Virus record (IMG/VR): IMGVR_UViG_3300017971_000019
Span: 1 to 64,000 of that record
Source: a virus
Taxonomy: Duplodnaviria; Heunggongvirae; Uroviricota; Caudoviricetes
DNA: 64,000 nucleotides
Direction: 5' to 3' (one strand)
Position 1 is the first letter of the stretch, and each line of letters opens with the position of its first letter. The translations under genes were made by a program, and so were the position numbers. A model generated the notes under the pieces. That model did not search any database and was not told the DNA's origin. It worked only from the letters and a program-made list of their open reading frames with translations. Positions 7,694-16,216 of the stretch are shown here, in pieces.

Positions 7694-8239
7694 ATGAGCT
7701 TTGCCATCCTCGACGGAAAGGCCCTCACGTCGTCGATCACAGACGAGGGCCTCGTGACGTGGGGAGTCTGGATGGCCATCCTGGCCGACAAGGACCAGGA
7801 CGGAATCACCTCCCTCAACCCCCGCTTCCTCGCCAAGGTCTTCGGACACGACGTGGCCGAGATCGAGGAGGCCTTCAAGACCCTCTCCTCCCCAGACCCG
7901 CACTCGAAGAACGAGGAACACGAGGGACGACGCATCATCCCCGTGGACGGAGGACGCTGGCTCGTCGTGAGTCATGAGAAGTACCGGCAGATCTACCGCA
8001 AGGAGGTCCGCCGCGACTACCTCACCCAGGCGAAGAGAGCGCAGCGCGAACGCGAGAAGAGAGAGAAGCTGTTCACGAAAGACGAACAGCCGCCAGAATT
8101 GAACAAGACCGAGAAGACCGAGCAGGAAATCCTTCAGGAGGCCTTCATCGCACCGGACAAGAAGTGTAAGCACGAGGGCTGCCAGGTGAGGCCGCTCGAC
8201 GGCGACTACTGCTACGACCACTTCATGACAGGCTTCTAG
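7694..8239 (+). CDS. hypothetical protein (181 aa); the N-terminus loosely resembles a phage replisome-organizer or DnaD-like protein
   Basis: Strong AAAGGAGG ribosome-binding site. ORF track. The resemblance comes from memory only and is weak. Confidence 0.7.
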   Translation: MSFAILDGKALTSSITDEGLVTWGVWMAILADKDQDGITSLNPRFLAKVFGHDVAEIEEAFKTLSSPDPHSKNEEHEGRRIIPVDGGRWLVVSHEKYRQIYRKEVRRDYLTQAKRAQREREKREKLFTKDEQPPELNKTEKTEQEILQEAFIAPDKKCKHEGCQVRPLDGDYCYDHFMTGF

Positions 8240-8264
8240 GATGCCTAGCTGGGAAGAGGTGAAA

Positions 8265-8498
8265 ATGGCAAGGTTCGACACATTCTCGGGGGGGTGCTCC
8301 ATCTTCGACCCACCCGACGAGCGAGACGTAGACCGTGAGACAATTCGCCGTCGCCTGGTCAAGGAGGACGCCGCGCTTCGACCGTGGCTGATCGGGAAGG
8401 CCTTGAGGGGAGTCAAGTACACATGGCGAGACCGAGTAAAGTTCACGCTTGCCTCGGCCTGGGAGGCCGGGCTGTGGGCATGGAGGATGAGCAAATGA
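8265..8498 (+). CDS. hypothetical protein (about 77 aa; alternative start 8241)
   Basis: GGAAGAGGTG ribosome-binding site before the ATG at 8265. ORF track. Confidence 0.45.
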   Translation: MARFDTFSGGCSIFDPPDERDVDRETIRRRLVKEDAALRPWLIGKALRGVKYTWRDRVKFTLASAWEAGLWAWRMSK

Positions 8499-8749
8499 AC
8501 CCAGGAACGTGGGGGTTGGTGAAGAAGCTGGACACGTACAAGGAGATCAACAAGAAGCAGGCGGCTCTCATCAGAGAGCTTCGTGAGAGTCTGGAGTCTC
8601 GCGAGTGCGAGGGCTGCAACCACCTCCAGGACGAGAACGATGACCTGGTGAACGAGCTTCTTGAGACGAGGCGGCAAAGGGATGCCTTCAAGTACTCGCT
8701 CACCTGTTACATCAAGGACGACGGACAACTGATCGGGGAGATCGAGTGA
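8495..8749 (+). CDS. hypothetical coiled-coil protein (about 84 aa; start trimmed from 8384)
   Basis: GGAGG lies 8 nt before the ATG at 8495. Contains CEGC. Confidence 0.45.
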   Translation: MNPGTWGLVKKLDTYKEINKKQAALIRELRESLESRECEGCNHLQDENDDLVNELLETRRQRDAFKYSLTCYIKDDGQLIGEIE

Positions 8750-8910
8750 ACGCGGGGGAGATCAACGTCTGCATCGAGCACGAGAAGGAGATCAGGAAGC
8801 TCCGCGAAGAGAAAGCAGAGCTTCAACGACGCATCGACAAGGCAATGGTAGCCGCGAAGAACGGGATGATCATGTACTTCGTCATCGCGGCATTGGAGGG
8901 TCACAAGTGA
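8746..8910 (+). CDS. hypothetical small protein (54 aa, GTG start)
   Basis: GTGA overlap with the upstream stop. The reading frame stays open through to the TGA at 8908-8910. Confidence 0.3.
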   Translation: MNAGEINVCIEHEKEIRKLREEKAELQRRIDKAMVAAKNGMIMYFVIAALEGHK

Positions 8911-9167
8911 GCGAAGAGAAGAACGTCGAACTGACCGAGCAGGAAATCCTGGAGGCGCGGAGCGCGTCGATGATGTTGGCTGCGTGTGCGGCTCCGTACA
9001 ACGCCAACGGACTATCCCTACAGAAGTCTCTGGAACGCGCAGAGCGCATCCTGGAGGCCTCAGAGGCCTACGTCGTGGCGGGATTCACGGCGATCAAGAA
9101 GAGGAACATCGAGGAAGAGGAGAAGCCCAGTGCAGAAGGACAAGCTGATGGCGATCCGGGAGAGTAG
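8907..9167 (+). CDS. hypothetical protein (86 aa, GTG start)
   Basis: ORF track. Translationally coupled to the upstream gene. Confidence 0.45.
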   Translation: MSEEKNVELTEQEILEARSASMMLAACAAPYNANGLSLQKSLERAERILEASEAYVVAGFTAIKKRNIEEEEKPSAEGQADGDPGE

Positions 9168-9525
9168 GGGCGAAGACTACGGCCCCGTCAAGCAGAACCA
9201 CGAATCCATCGGAGCCATCTTCGACGGAATCCTCCACCAGTTCGGGTGGAACTTTCACAAGAAGTCGCTGAAGGACCACCCGGAGGTTGTCACGCTCCTG
9301 ATGAGCGGGCTGAAGCACTCGCGTGAGTCGTTCAAGCACAAGCAGGACAACATCGATGACGCGAAGAACTACCTCGACTTCACCAGAGAGATGGCAGAGG
9401 AAGAGATCTTCGAGGTCAGCAACTCCTACTTCTGCGACTTCAGCGAACTGACAGACGAGGAGATCTGCGAGCTTCTCGATTCCATCGAAATACCAGGGGA
9501 GGTCGAATGCGTCCACGACCGCTAG
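9151..9525 (+). CDS. hypothetical protein (124 aa; start trimmed from 8986)
   Basis: ATG at 9151 follows GAAGGA. The longer N-terminus is Arg/Ser-rich junk overlapping the previous gene. Confidence 0.45.
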   Translation, partial: AIRESRGEDYGPVKQNHESIGAIFDGILHQFGWNFHKKSLKDHPEVVTLLMSGLKHSRESFKHKQDNIDDAKNYLDFTREMAEEEIFEVSNSYFCDFSELTDEEICELLDSIEIPGEVECVHDR

Positions 9526-10610
9526 TTCTATATCACGGCGAGTGCTACGACGGACTCGGTGCCGCCTGGGCGTTCAGATACTTCTACGGCGAGGAGGCCG
9601 ACTTCGTGTCTGTGAGGTACGGGGATCCGCCTCCGTTCAACCTGGTGAAGGGACGCCACCTGTGGCTTCTAGACTTCTCGTACGGGCGCGAGGACATGAA
9701 GAAGCTCATCGTGTCTTCGAAGAAGACAACGGTCTACGACCACCACCAGACGGCAGAGGCCGAACTCGACAAAATCCTCGGAGAGATCCGCAACGAGTTC
9801 CGGGTCCAGCGCGACCAGGACAAGATCGTGTTCGACATGAGCCGCTCCGGTGCTGGTATCACCTACGACGAGATGGAGCGACTGGCTGACCAGAAGGCCG
9901 GCAACAAGACGCCCCGCCTCCTGGGCCGGCGCAAGGCCTGGATCATCGACTACATCGAGGACCGGGACCTGTGGAAGTTCAAGCTTCCCGGATCGAAGTC
10001 CGTGTCCGCCTACCTGGCGTCCATGCCGATGACATTCGAGACCTTCGACGCGGTCAACAAGAGGGAACCCAACGAGGTCATCTCCGAGGGTATGACCATC
10101 GAGAGGTACGTCGATGTCTTCGGAGAAAAGGCCATCAAGAACACGGTGCGGCGCAAGCTCGGTGGGTACGTGGTGCCGATCATCAACGTGCCGTACATGA
10201 ACTCCAGCGACCACATCGGCAAGCTGGTGGAGCAGAACCCCGACGACCCGTTCGCCGCAGGCTTCTTCCTGCGCAACGACGGGAAGTGGCAGTTCGGGCT
10301 TCGCTCGCGTGGGGAGTTCGACGTGTCCGAGATCGCCAAGCTGTACGGCGGGGGAGGACACAAGAACGCCGCAGGCTTCCAGGTGGAGACCCTGCCGTGG
10401 GAGGACCAGTCGCAGCAGATCTACGGGTGGATCGACAAGGAGAAGCTCGAAGAAATCAAGAAGGAGGCGGGAGAAGGCTTCCCGATGCCGACCTCGATTG
10501 CCGTAGAGACGGAAGAGGGCAACGTCGTGACAGTTGCCGAAAACGAAGACGGGGGTCTGTCGTTCACTACCGAGGCCCCCGAGAAGGAGAAGAAGGATGA
10601 AGCAGACTGA
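9507..10610 (+). CDS. DHH-family phosphoesterase with a DHHA1 domain (NrnA/RecJ-like), 367 aa
   Basis: CYDGLGAAW (motif I), VYDHHQ (DHH motif, nt 9738-9746) and a C-terminal LYGGGGHKNAAGF (DHHA1 GGGH motif). Confidence 0.8.
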   Translation: MRPRPLVLYHGECYDGLGAAWAFRYFYGEEADFVSVRYGDPPPFNLVKGRHLWLLDFSYGREDMKKLIVSSKKTTVYDHHQTAEAELDKILGEIRNEFRVQRDQDKIVFDMSRSGAGITYDEMERLADQKAGNKTPRLLGRRKAWIIDYIEDRDLWKFKLPGSKSVSAYLASMPMTFETFDAVNKREPNEVISEGMTIERYVDVFGEKAIKNTVRRKLGGYVVPIINVPYMNSSDHIGKLVEQNPDDPFAAGFFLRNDGKWQFGLRSRGEFDVSEIAKLYGGGGHKNAAGFQVETLPWEDQSQQIYGWIDKEKLEEIKKEAGEGFPMPTSIAVETEEGNVVTVAENEDGGLSFTTEAPEKEKKDEAD

Positions 10611-10833
10611 CTGCCGCATGTGTGGCGCACCCGTGTTCTGGGCCAAGAGCCGTAACGACAAGAACATGCTCATGGACATCGATCCCGTGGAGGGCGGCAA
10701 GTTCGCCATCAACGGAATCGAGACCAACGATCCCCTTGCCCTGAGGATGGGACAGGGCAACTCCGGTGACGATGACCGGACTGCCTACAACTGCCACTTC
10801 GACACCTGTTCAGAAAGGCAGAACAGGGACTGA
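10597..10833 (+). CDS. small zinc-finger protein (78 aa; CRMC...CHFDTC)
   Basis: GAAGAAGG ribosome-binding site before the ATG at 10597. Start trimmed from the ORF-track 10534. Confidence 0.5.
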   Translation: MKQTDCRMCGAPVFWAKSRNDKNMLMDIDPVEGGKFAINGIETNDPLALRMGQGNSGDDDRTAYNCHFDTCSERQNRD

Positions 10834-11345
10834 TGGCGAAGAAGGGTCTCACTCCGAAGCAGAACCGGGCGCTCCTGGTGCTCGCGGCAGGCCAGACGCA
10901 AGAAGCAGCCGCGCAAGCAGCCGGCGTCCGACGACAGCGGGTCCAGGTGTGGATGAAGGAGCACGAGTTCCGCGAGGAACTACGGCTCTCCATGGAAAGA
11001 CTCCGTCACCAGTTCGAATCTCGGATCGTGGGACTCGCCAACAACGCAGCAGTGGTCGTCCAGGAGGCAATGGAACACCCAGACCTGGCGACGAGGATGG
11101 AGGCCGCAAAGACCGCCATCAACGCGGCTGTGCGAATGGCAACGCGGTACAAGGAGCTACAGGTGGAGGGATACGTTCCTCCTCCTACCCCCATGATCAT
11201 GCTCCCACCTGGGTCCAAGATGCCGTGGGAGAATGCAGCCGTATCAGTGACCACACCGCTTCCAGAAACCATCGACGTAGAGGCGACCGAGATTCCAGAA
11301 GAGCCAACGGATGAGCCAGGAACAAAACCAGGAACAGGCAGTTGA
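10833..11345 (+). CDS. putative terminase small subunit (HTH-containing, 170 aa)
   Basis: Sits immediately upstream of the large terminase subunit and overlaps it. Has an N-terminal helix-turn-helix-like segment (LTPKQNRALLVLAAGQTQEAAAQAAGV). ATGA coupling. Confidence 0.5.
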   Translation: MAKKGLTPKQNRALLVLAAGQTQEAAAQAAGVRRQRVQVWMKEHEFREELRLSMERLRHQFESRIVGLANNAAVVVQEAMEHPDLATRMEAAKTAINAAVRMATRYKELQVEGYVPPPTPMIMLPPGSKMPWENAAVSVTTPLPETIDVEATEIPEEPTDEPGTKPGTGS

Positions 11346-12966
11346 TACGACAGAAGCACCCGCGCCCTTCGAATACTCGTCAGATCTCCAGAAGCAGGCG
11401 GTAGAGCACCCACCGGGTAAGCCACTACTCCTCATCGGCGGGTTCAACAGCGGCAAGACCACGGCGGCAATCCTCCACATGTTGCTGCTGTGTGAGTCGT
11501 TTCCGGGCTACAAGGTCGCCGTCCTTCGTAAGACTTTCAAGGATCTTTCTCTTACAACCAGGCCCTCGTTCGACCAGTGGATCCGCCCCGACTTCATCGG
11601 GGAGCCGACCAACGAGAAGGTCGTCACCCTCAAGAATGGGTCAAGTTTCCTCTTTCATTACCTCGATAATCCGAACAGTGCCACCATTCTCAAGGGTCTC
11701 GAAATCAACGGGGCCATCCTCGACCAGGCGGAGCAGATGCAGGAGGCGACGTTCAAGATCCTCCTCGGTCGTCTCGGTCGTTGGAAGGGCGCGAAGGTTC
11801 CGGGCTGGGTCATGGACAGGAGAAATGGAGACTGGCCCTGGAAGGACAACGCTGGGCGTCCGGTTCCTCCGCTCAGCGTCATCCTCACAGCAAACCCAAT
11901 CGAAGAAGGCGACCCAGAGATGCACTGGCTCTGGCAACGCTTCTCGATGGAGTCCGAGACGGCCAGGCAGAAGTACTACCCGATGGGGTATCGGCAGATC
12001 GTCATGCCGACCACCACCAACAAGTTCGCTGGAGAGCAGAACATCGACATGCTGCTCCAGCAGGACGAGGACTACATCAAGCGGTTTGTGAAGGGTGAGT
12101 GGGTCAAGTCCAAGGGCCACCTCTTCAGGCTCGATGAGTCCTCCGTTCTGGAGTACACGCCGCAACTTGTCTCGCACATACAGAACAACATGCGCCTCGG
12201 GCGCGTGCTAGACCACGGAGACACCGCGCCTACGTGCTGCCTCTGGTACGGGGTGGACGAAGACAACAACATCTTCTTCTGGCAGGAGTACTACCAGAAG
12301 GGGATGACCGAAGGCGGGGAGTGGAACGTGTCCGACCACAGAAGGGCAATCACGCAGCTATCGATCCCGCTGACGTTCTCGATGAACCTGGCGGATCCGT
12401 CGATCTTCGATAAGACTCGCGGTATCACCGGCTACAACAAGCGCGAGAAGAGATGGTCAGTGGCCGATGAATATTCTGACGGCAGGATCATCACCGAGGA
12501 CACGAAGATCTACTGGAGGCCGGCGGACAACAACGAGATGCTTTCCAGGCAGAGGCTGCGTCAGTACCTCCAGGTGGACGCGAACCACCGCCACCCGCTC
12601 ACTGGTGAGCTTGGGGCCCCGCACATCTACTTCGTTTCGAGGGACCAGGACTGGGAGCACGGCTGCAACCACGCCATTCGCGAGATCAAGGCGGCGAAGC
12701 TTGAGGTGGTTGGTGAGAACGACGGAGCGCCGATCTACGGGAAGGATCGAGACGACCAGATCCCCGACCACGCACTCGACTGCATCCGCTATGTCGTGAA
12801 CAGCAGACCACTTCCCGCCTCTGAGCCTGCTGCTCCGAGGCAGCTAAAGGCGTATGCTAGAGAGGACGGTCGGGTCTTGGTCACGATTCCCCCCGTCACC
12901 GCTACCCCTCCTCCCGTGCGGCAGAGGCGTAGGGGCGAATGGAAGTCACGCGGCGGAGGCTACTGA
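11311..12966 (+). CDS. terL: terminase large subunit (551 aa)
   Basis: Walker A motif GGFNSGKT (nt 11437-11463) and a Walker B-like GAILDQAE. The size and the C-terminal acidic nuclease-like region fit. A portal-like gene follows. Confidence 0.85.
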   Translation: MSQEQNQEQAVDTTEAPAPFEYSSDLQKQAVEHPPGKPLLLIGGFNSGKTTAAILHMLLLCESFPGYKVAVLRKTFKDLSLTTRPSFDQWIRPDFIGEPTNEKVVTLKNGSSFLFHYLDNPNSATILKGLEINGAILDQAEQMQEATFKILLGRLGRWKGAKVPGWVMDRRNGDWPWKDNAGRPVPPLSVILTANPIEEGDPEMHWLWQRFSMESETARQKYYPMGYRQIVMPTTTNKFAGEQNIDMLLQQDEDYIKRFVKGEWVKSKGHLFRLDESSVLEYTPQLVSHIQNNMRLGRVLDHGDTAPTCCLWYGVDEDNNIFFWQEYYQKGMTEGGEWNVSDHRRAITQLSIPLTFSMNLADPSIFDKTRGITGYNKREKRWSVADEYSDGRIITEDTKIYWRPADNNEMLSRQRLRQYLQVDANHRHPLTGELGAPHIYFVSRDQDWEHGCNHAIREIKAAKLEVVGENDGAPIYGKDRDDQIPDHALDCIRYVVNSRPLPASEPAAPRQLKAYAREDGRVLVTIPPVTATPPPVRQRRRGEWKSRGGGY

Positions 12967-15143
12967 TGGGAAACGAAACACCGGGCCTAGATGAACTCAT
13001 GGATGTTGGGAACCTCTCCATGGGAGACGTTCCGAACGAGCCACAGGTCGGGACATCAGGGTCGGAAGCTCTCGACGCCAGAGACCGGGCGAAGGAAGAA
13101 GAGCGACAGAAGGCCGTGGTGCGTCGATGGTTCAAGCGCATCCGTGTCGCGAAGGAAGTGAAGAAGAAGTGGGAGCAGGACTACGAAGTCAATCGCGCCC
13201 ACGACTACGTACGAGGCTTCCAGAGAGCGAAGGACGACGAGCTAGACGCCCAGGGCGACAAGCGATACGTCATCAACAAAATCCTCGCGAACCTCAAGAC
13301 CAAGATCCCCTCGATCTTCTACTACCACCCGTACATCAGGGTGCGTCCAGCTATCGGTCGTGAGGATTCTCCCGGTCAGACTGTCTCCGGTCGCGCACTC
13401 CTCCTCCAGGACACCATCAACACGATCATCCGTCAGGACGAGACGCGCCTGAAGCCAGAGTGCATGGTTGCCCTGAAGGAGGCCCACTGGGCTTTCGGCA
13501 TCGTTGAGGGTGGCTATTCGGCAGAGTGGGCGGAGAATCCGTACGCGAAGAGGCCGCAACTGATCGAGAGCGAGACGGTCCAGGAGGAGAAGGAGCAGAC
13601 CGAGGAGATCCCCGAGTCGGACTCTCCAGAAGAGGAGATCTTCAACCAGCTAGAGTCCCTCCCGGTCCACGAGTCGTTCTACGTCCGCCACATCCCCGCC
13701 AGGCAGTTCTACGTGGCCACGAACGACCGCTCGCAGACCATCGCACAGGACTGGGTCGGCTACTGGGAGTGGATGTACGTGCGAGACGTGAAGCGCACCA
13801 AGTCGTTCGCGAACACCTCCGACCTCAAGGCCACAGCGAAGATGAGGGAAGAGGGCTACGACCGAGACCTGATGCCGATGGAGACCGCAGAGTCGCCATC
13901 CGACGTGCCGCCCGACATGGTCCGAGTCTGGAAGATCTGGGACCAGCGTGAGAAGAAGCGTCTCGTCCTGGTAGAGGGGCACGACTACCTCCTGAAGGAG
14001 GAGGAGTACGAGCACATCCCGCTCTACGACATCCGCCTAGAGGTCATGCCAGGCGAGTGGTATCCGATCCCGCCGATCTCGCAGCAGTTGATGGAGCAGG
14101 ACGAGTTCAACGACGCCCGCGAGTGGCTGCGCCTCGTGCGCAAGGGCACGCGCCCGCGCTACGTGTACGACAAGCAGGCGTTCACGTCGGACGAACTGGA
14201 GAAGTTCGAGACAGACGAGTTCGGCACGTTCGTCGGCGTCGAGAACGGCAACATGCAGCCGATCTCTCCGGTCCAGCAGCCGTCGTTCGGTGAGAGCGCC
14301 ATCCGTACGCTGTCTCTCTCCGAGCAGGGCTTCGCAGAGCAGGCGGCGACGAGCCCAATCGACCGCCTCACTCGCGGCGGAGGTGGAAAGCCGACAGCGA
14401 CAGAGGTCGGCGCCCTCAGCCAGGCGAGCGACGTGCGTCAGTCGTACGAGCAACAGGAGGTCGCAGACTGGCTCGCCAGGATCGCCTCTGGTCTGCTCAG
14501 GACAGCGGTGCAGCGCATGACCCTTCCTCAGTGGGTGCTCATGAACAGCGACCCGCACGCGCCGCAGCAGGCCCTCCTGGTAGACACGGCAGACATCGCG
14601 AAAGCACTCGACCAGATCCAGAACCCAGTCCCAGAGGACGTGCTCAGGGCAGCTATGGAGCTTCACAGCGCGGCCCTGATGAACCCGAAGGCTGCGATGG
14701 AGCGCGAGTACACCGAGCTTGCACCAGATGATCTGGAGACAGCGTTCGGTGACGGGCGCTGGGACATCACAGTCGATGTGGAGTCGATGTCTCCAGTCAC
14801 AGAGGCCCAGCACGCAGAGAAGCTGATGCAGGCTCTCAACATGCTCGCCAACCCAGGCGTAGGCAGGCTACTGTCCATGTCTCCACCGCTCCTGAAGAAC
14901 ATGCTCAACATGATGGGAATCAGGAACTCCGTCGATCAGCAGTCCATCATGCAGGCTCTACAGATGCGTGATCAGATGGAGCAGCAGATGGCGATGGCTC
15001 AGCAGGGTGGGGGTAGCCAGCCAGCCGAACCAGGCGTAGCGCCGATGGCCGGCGGAGGCCAGCCGAACGACGGGACCGGCGCTCCAGAGGGAGCACCACC
15101 AGACGCGCCACAACCAGCAGCACCACCACAAGCAGCGGGGTAG
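12966..15143 (+). CDS. putative portal protein (about 725 aa)
   Basis: Large gene directly downstream of terL, with an ATGA overlap and a GGCGGAGG ribosome-binding site. Has a Q/M/A/G/P-rich C-terminal tail. Called from position and size only. Confidence 0.55.
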   Translation: MGNETPGLDELMDVGNLSMGDVPNEPQVGTSGSEALDARDRAKEEERQKAVVRRWFKRIRVAKEVKKKWEQDYEVNRAHDYVRGFQRAKDDELDAQGDKRYVINKILANLKTKIPSIFYYHPYIRVRPAIGREDSPGQTVSGRALLLQDTINTIIRQDETRLKPECMVALKEAHWAFGIVEGGYSAEWAENPYAKRPQLIESETVQEEKEQTEEIPESDSPEEEIFNQLESLPVHESFYVRHIPARQFYVATNDRSQTIAQDWVGYWEWMYVRDVKRTKSFANTSDLKATAKMREEGYDRDLMPMETAESPSDVPPDMVRVWKIWDQREKKRLVLVEGHDYLLKEEEYEHIPLYDIRLEVMPGEWYPIPPISQQLMEQDEFNDAREWLRLVRKGTRPRYVYDKQAFTSDELEKFETDEFGTFVGVENGNMQPISPVQQPSFGESAIRTLSLSEQGFAEQAATSPIDRLTRGGGGKPTATEVGALSQASDVRQSYEQQEVADWLARIASGLLRTAVQRMTLPQWVLMNSDPHAPQQALLVDTADIAKALDQIQNPVPEDVLRAAMELHSAALMNPKAAMEREYTELAPDDLETAFGDGRWDITVDVESMSPVTEAQHAEKLMQALNMLANPGVGRLLSMSPPLLKNMLNMMGIRNSVDQQSIMQALQMRDQMEQQMAMAQQGGGSQPAEPGVAPMAGGGQPNDGTGAPEGAPPDAPQPAAPPQAAG

Positions 15144-15146
15144 TAT

Positions 15147-15557
15147 ATGAGCGAAGAGAAGAAGTGCCCGAAGTGCGGCACGACCGAACTGGAGGATCCC
15201 AACGGGAAGTGGTCGCACTGTGAGAAGTGTTGCGCCACCGTCGGCATCGGAGCTTTTCCGTTCTGCAAGGGAGACCCTGACGATCATGGTCCGATGACGG
15301 GCTTCGATGACGCCTTCGAGCCCTACGTCGATGTCCAGTTGCTCGACAGGAAGGATCCTCGCTGCACGAGCACGAACGAGCTTGGAATACGAGGCGTTCC
15401 AATCGGGTCTCGCTCCGAGCGGCGCAGCCTGATGAAGGAGAAGGATCTCCAGTACGGAACCCAGAAGTTCGATGAGAAGCGCGGCAAGGTAATCTACGGC
15501 GGGGCCGCAACGTCCCCGTATCACAAAGGCGGGCCTGGGTTCAGGCGTCGAGACTGA
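15147..15557 (+). CDS. zinc-ribbon protein (136 aa; CPKCG...CEKCC)
   Basis: ORF track. ATG shortly after the portal stop. Confidence 0.55.
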   Translation: MSEEKKCPKCGTTELEDPNGKWSHCEKCCATVGIGAFPFCKGDPDDHGPMTGFDDAFEPYVDVQLLDRKDPRCTSTNELGIRGVPIGSRSERRSLMKEKDLQYGTQKFDEKRGKVIYGGAATSPYHKGGPGFRRRD

Positions 15558-15913
15558 TGTGGAAGACTGAGGACGGCTATGCGTTTGCTGTGGTGCGCCC
15601 TCATTGGAAGGTAAAGGTTAGGAGACAAGACATGGCCAAGGTAGGACAGTTCGAGTTCATCAACGACAACGGGGACCTTCTCGTCCTGGTTCGCGACAAG
15701 ACTCGCGGTGCGGAAGTGATCGCAGAGTGCAAGATCAAGGGCGACGACCTCGGGGAGTTCTTCGATGAGGTGTTCCCCCCTGACGAGAAGGCCATCGCGG
15801 AGGCCAACGAGCGCCTAGAGGTGCTCCTCGACCAGGCGGAAGAGGTGCTCGGCCTCGAAGACGAAGACGACGTTGACGAGCCGGACGACGACGAAGACGA
15901 CGAGGAGGAGTAA
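15557..15913 (+). CDS. hypothetical protein with a strongly acidic C-terminus (118 aa; alternative start 15632 with an AGGAG ribosome-binding site)
   Basis: ORF track. ATGA overlap with the upstream gene. Confidence 0.5.
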   Translation: MWKTEDGYAFAVVRPHWKVKVRRQDMAKVGQFEFINDNGDLLVLVRDKTRGAEVIAECKIKGDDLGEFFDEVFPPDEKAIAEANERLEVLLDQAEEVLGLEDEDDVDEPDDDEDDEEE

Positions 15914-15915
15914 CC

Positions 15916-16203
15916 ATGACAGGTGGAGTTCACACCATCGGGGCCACCGCTGCGAAGCTGGCCAACGACGACAACCCCTACACCAAGATCACGGTCAGGC
16001 TGAACCTCAGCGGGAACCAGACGTTCTTCGGGAACAGCGACGTGGCGAGTGACGGCACCAACGCGCACGGCTACCTAGTGGCGACGGCGACCTCTGGTGA
16101 GTCGTGGACGTTCGGGCCGTACCCGTCCGGGGCCGGCATCAAGCCGTCCGACCTCTACTTCGTTGGCACGGCAGGCGACAAGCTCTTCTGGACAGGCGAA
16201 TAG
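15916..16203 (+). CDS. small protein, paralog A of a duplicated family (95 aa)
   Basis: Its C-terminus (...WTFGPYPSGAGIKPSDLYFVGTAGDKLFWTGE) aligns with the product of 24199..24492. Confidence 0.6.
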   Translation: MTGGVHTIGATAAKLANDDNPYTKITVRLNLSGNQTFFGNSDVASDGTNAHGYLVATATSGESWTFGPYPSGAGIKPSDLYFVGTAGDKLFWTGE

Positions 16204-16216
16204 CCGGGAGGCCACC

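Noticed and set aside
7613-8728. 371-aa minus-strand ORF antisense to the genes at 7694..8749
   Set aside because: It is antisense to a tiled plus-strand array that has SD sites. The Leu/Arg/Val-rich composition is typical of the reverse frame.
9669-10760. 363-aa minus-strand ORF antisense to the DHH phosphoesterase
   Set aside because: The sense-strand product has unambiguous DHH and DHHA1 motifs. The antisense ORF is Arg/Leu/Val/Gly-rich junk.
14037-14813. 258-aa minus-strand ORF inside the portal gene
   Set aside because: Antisense artifact. Same reasoning as for the other long antisense ORFs.
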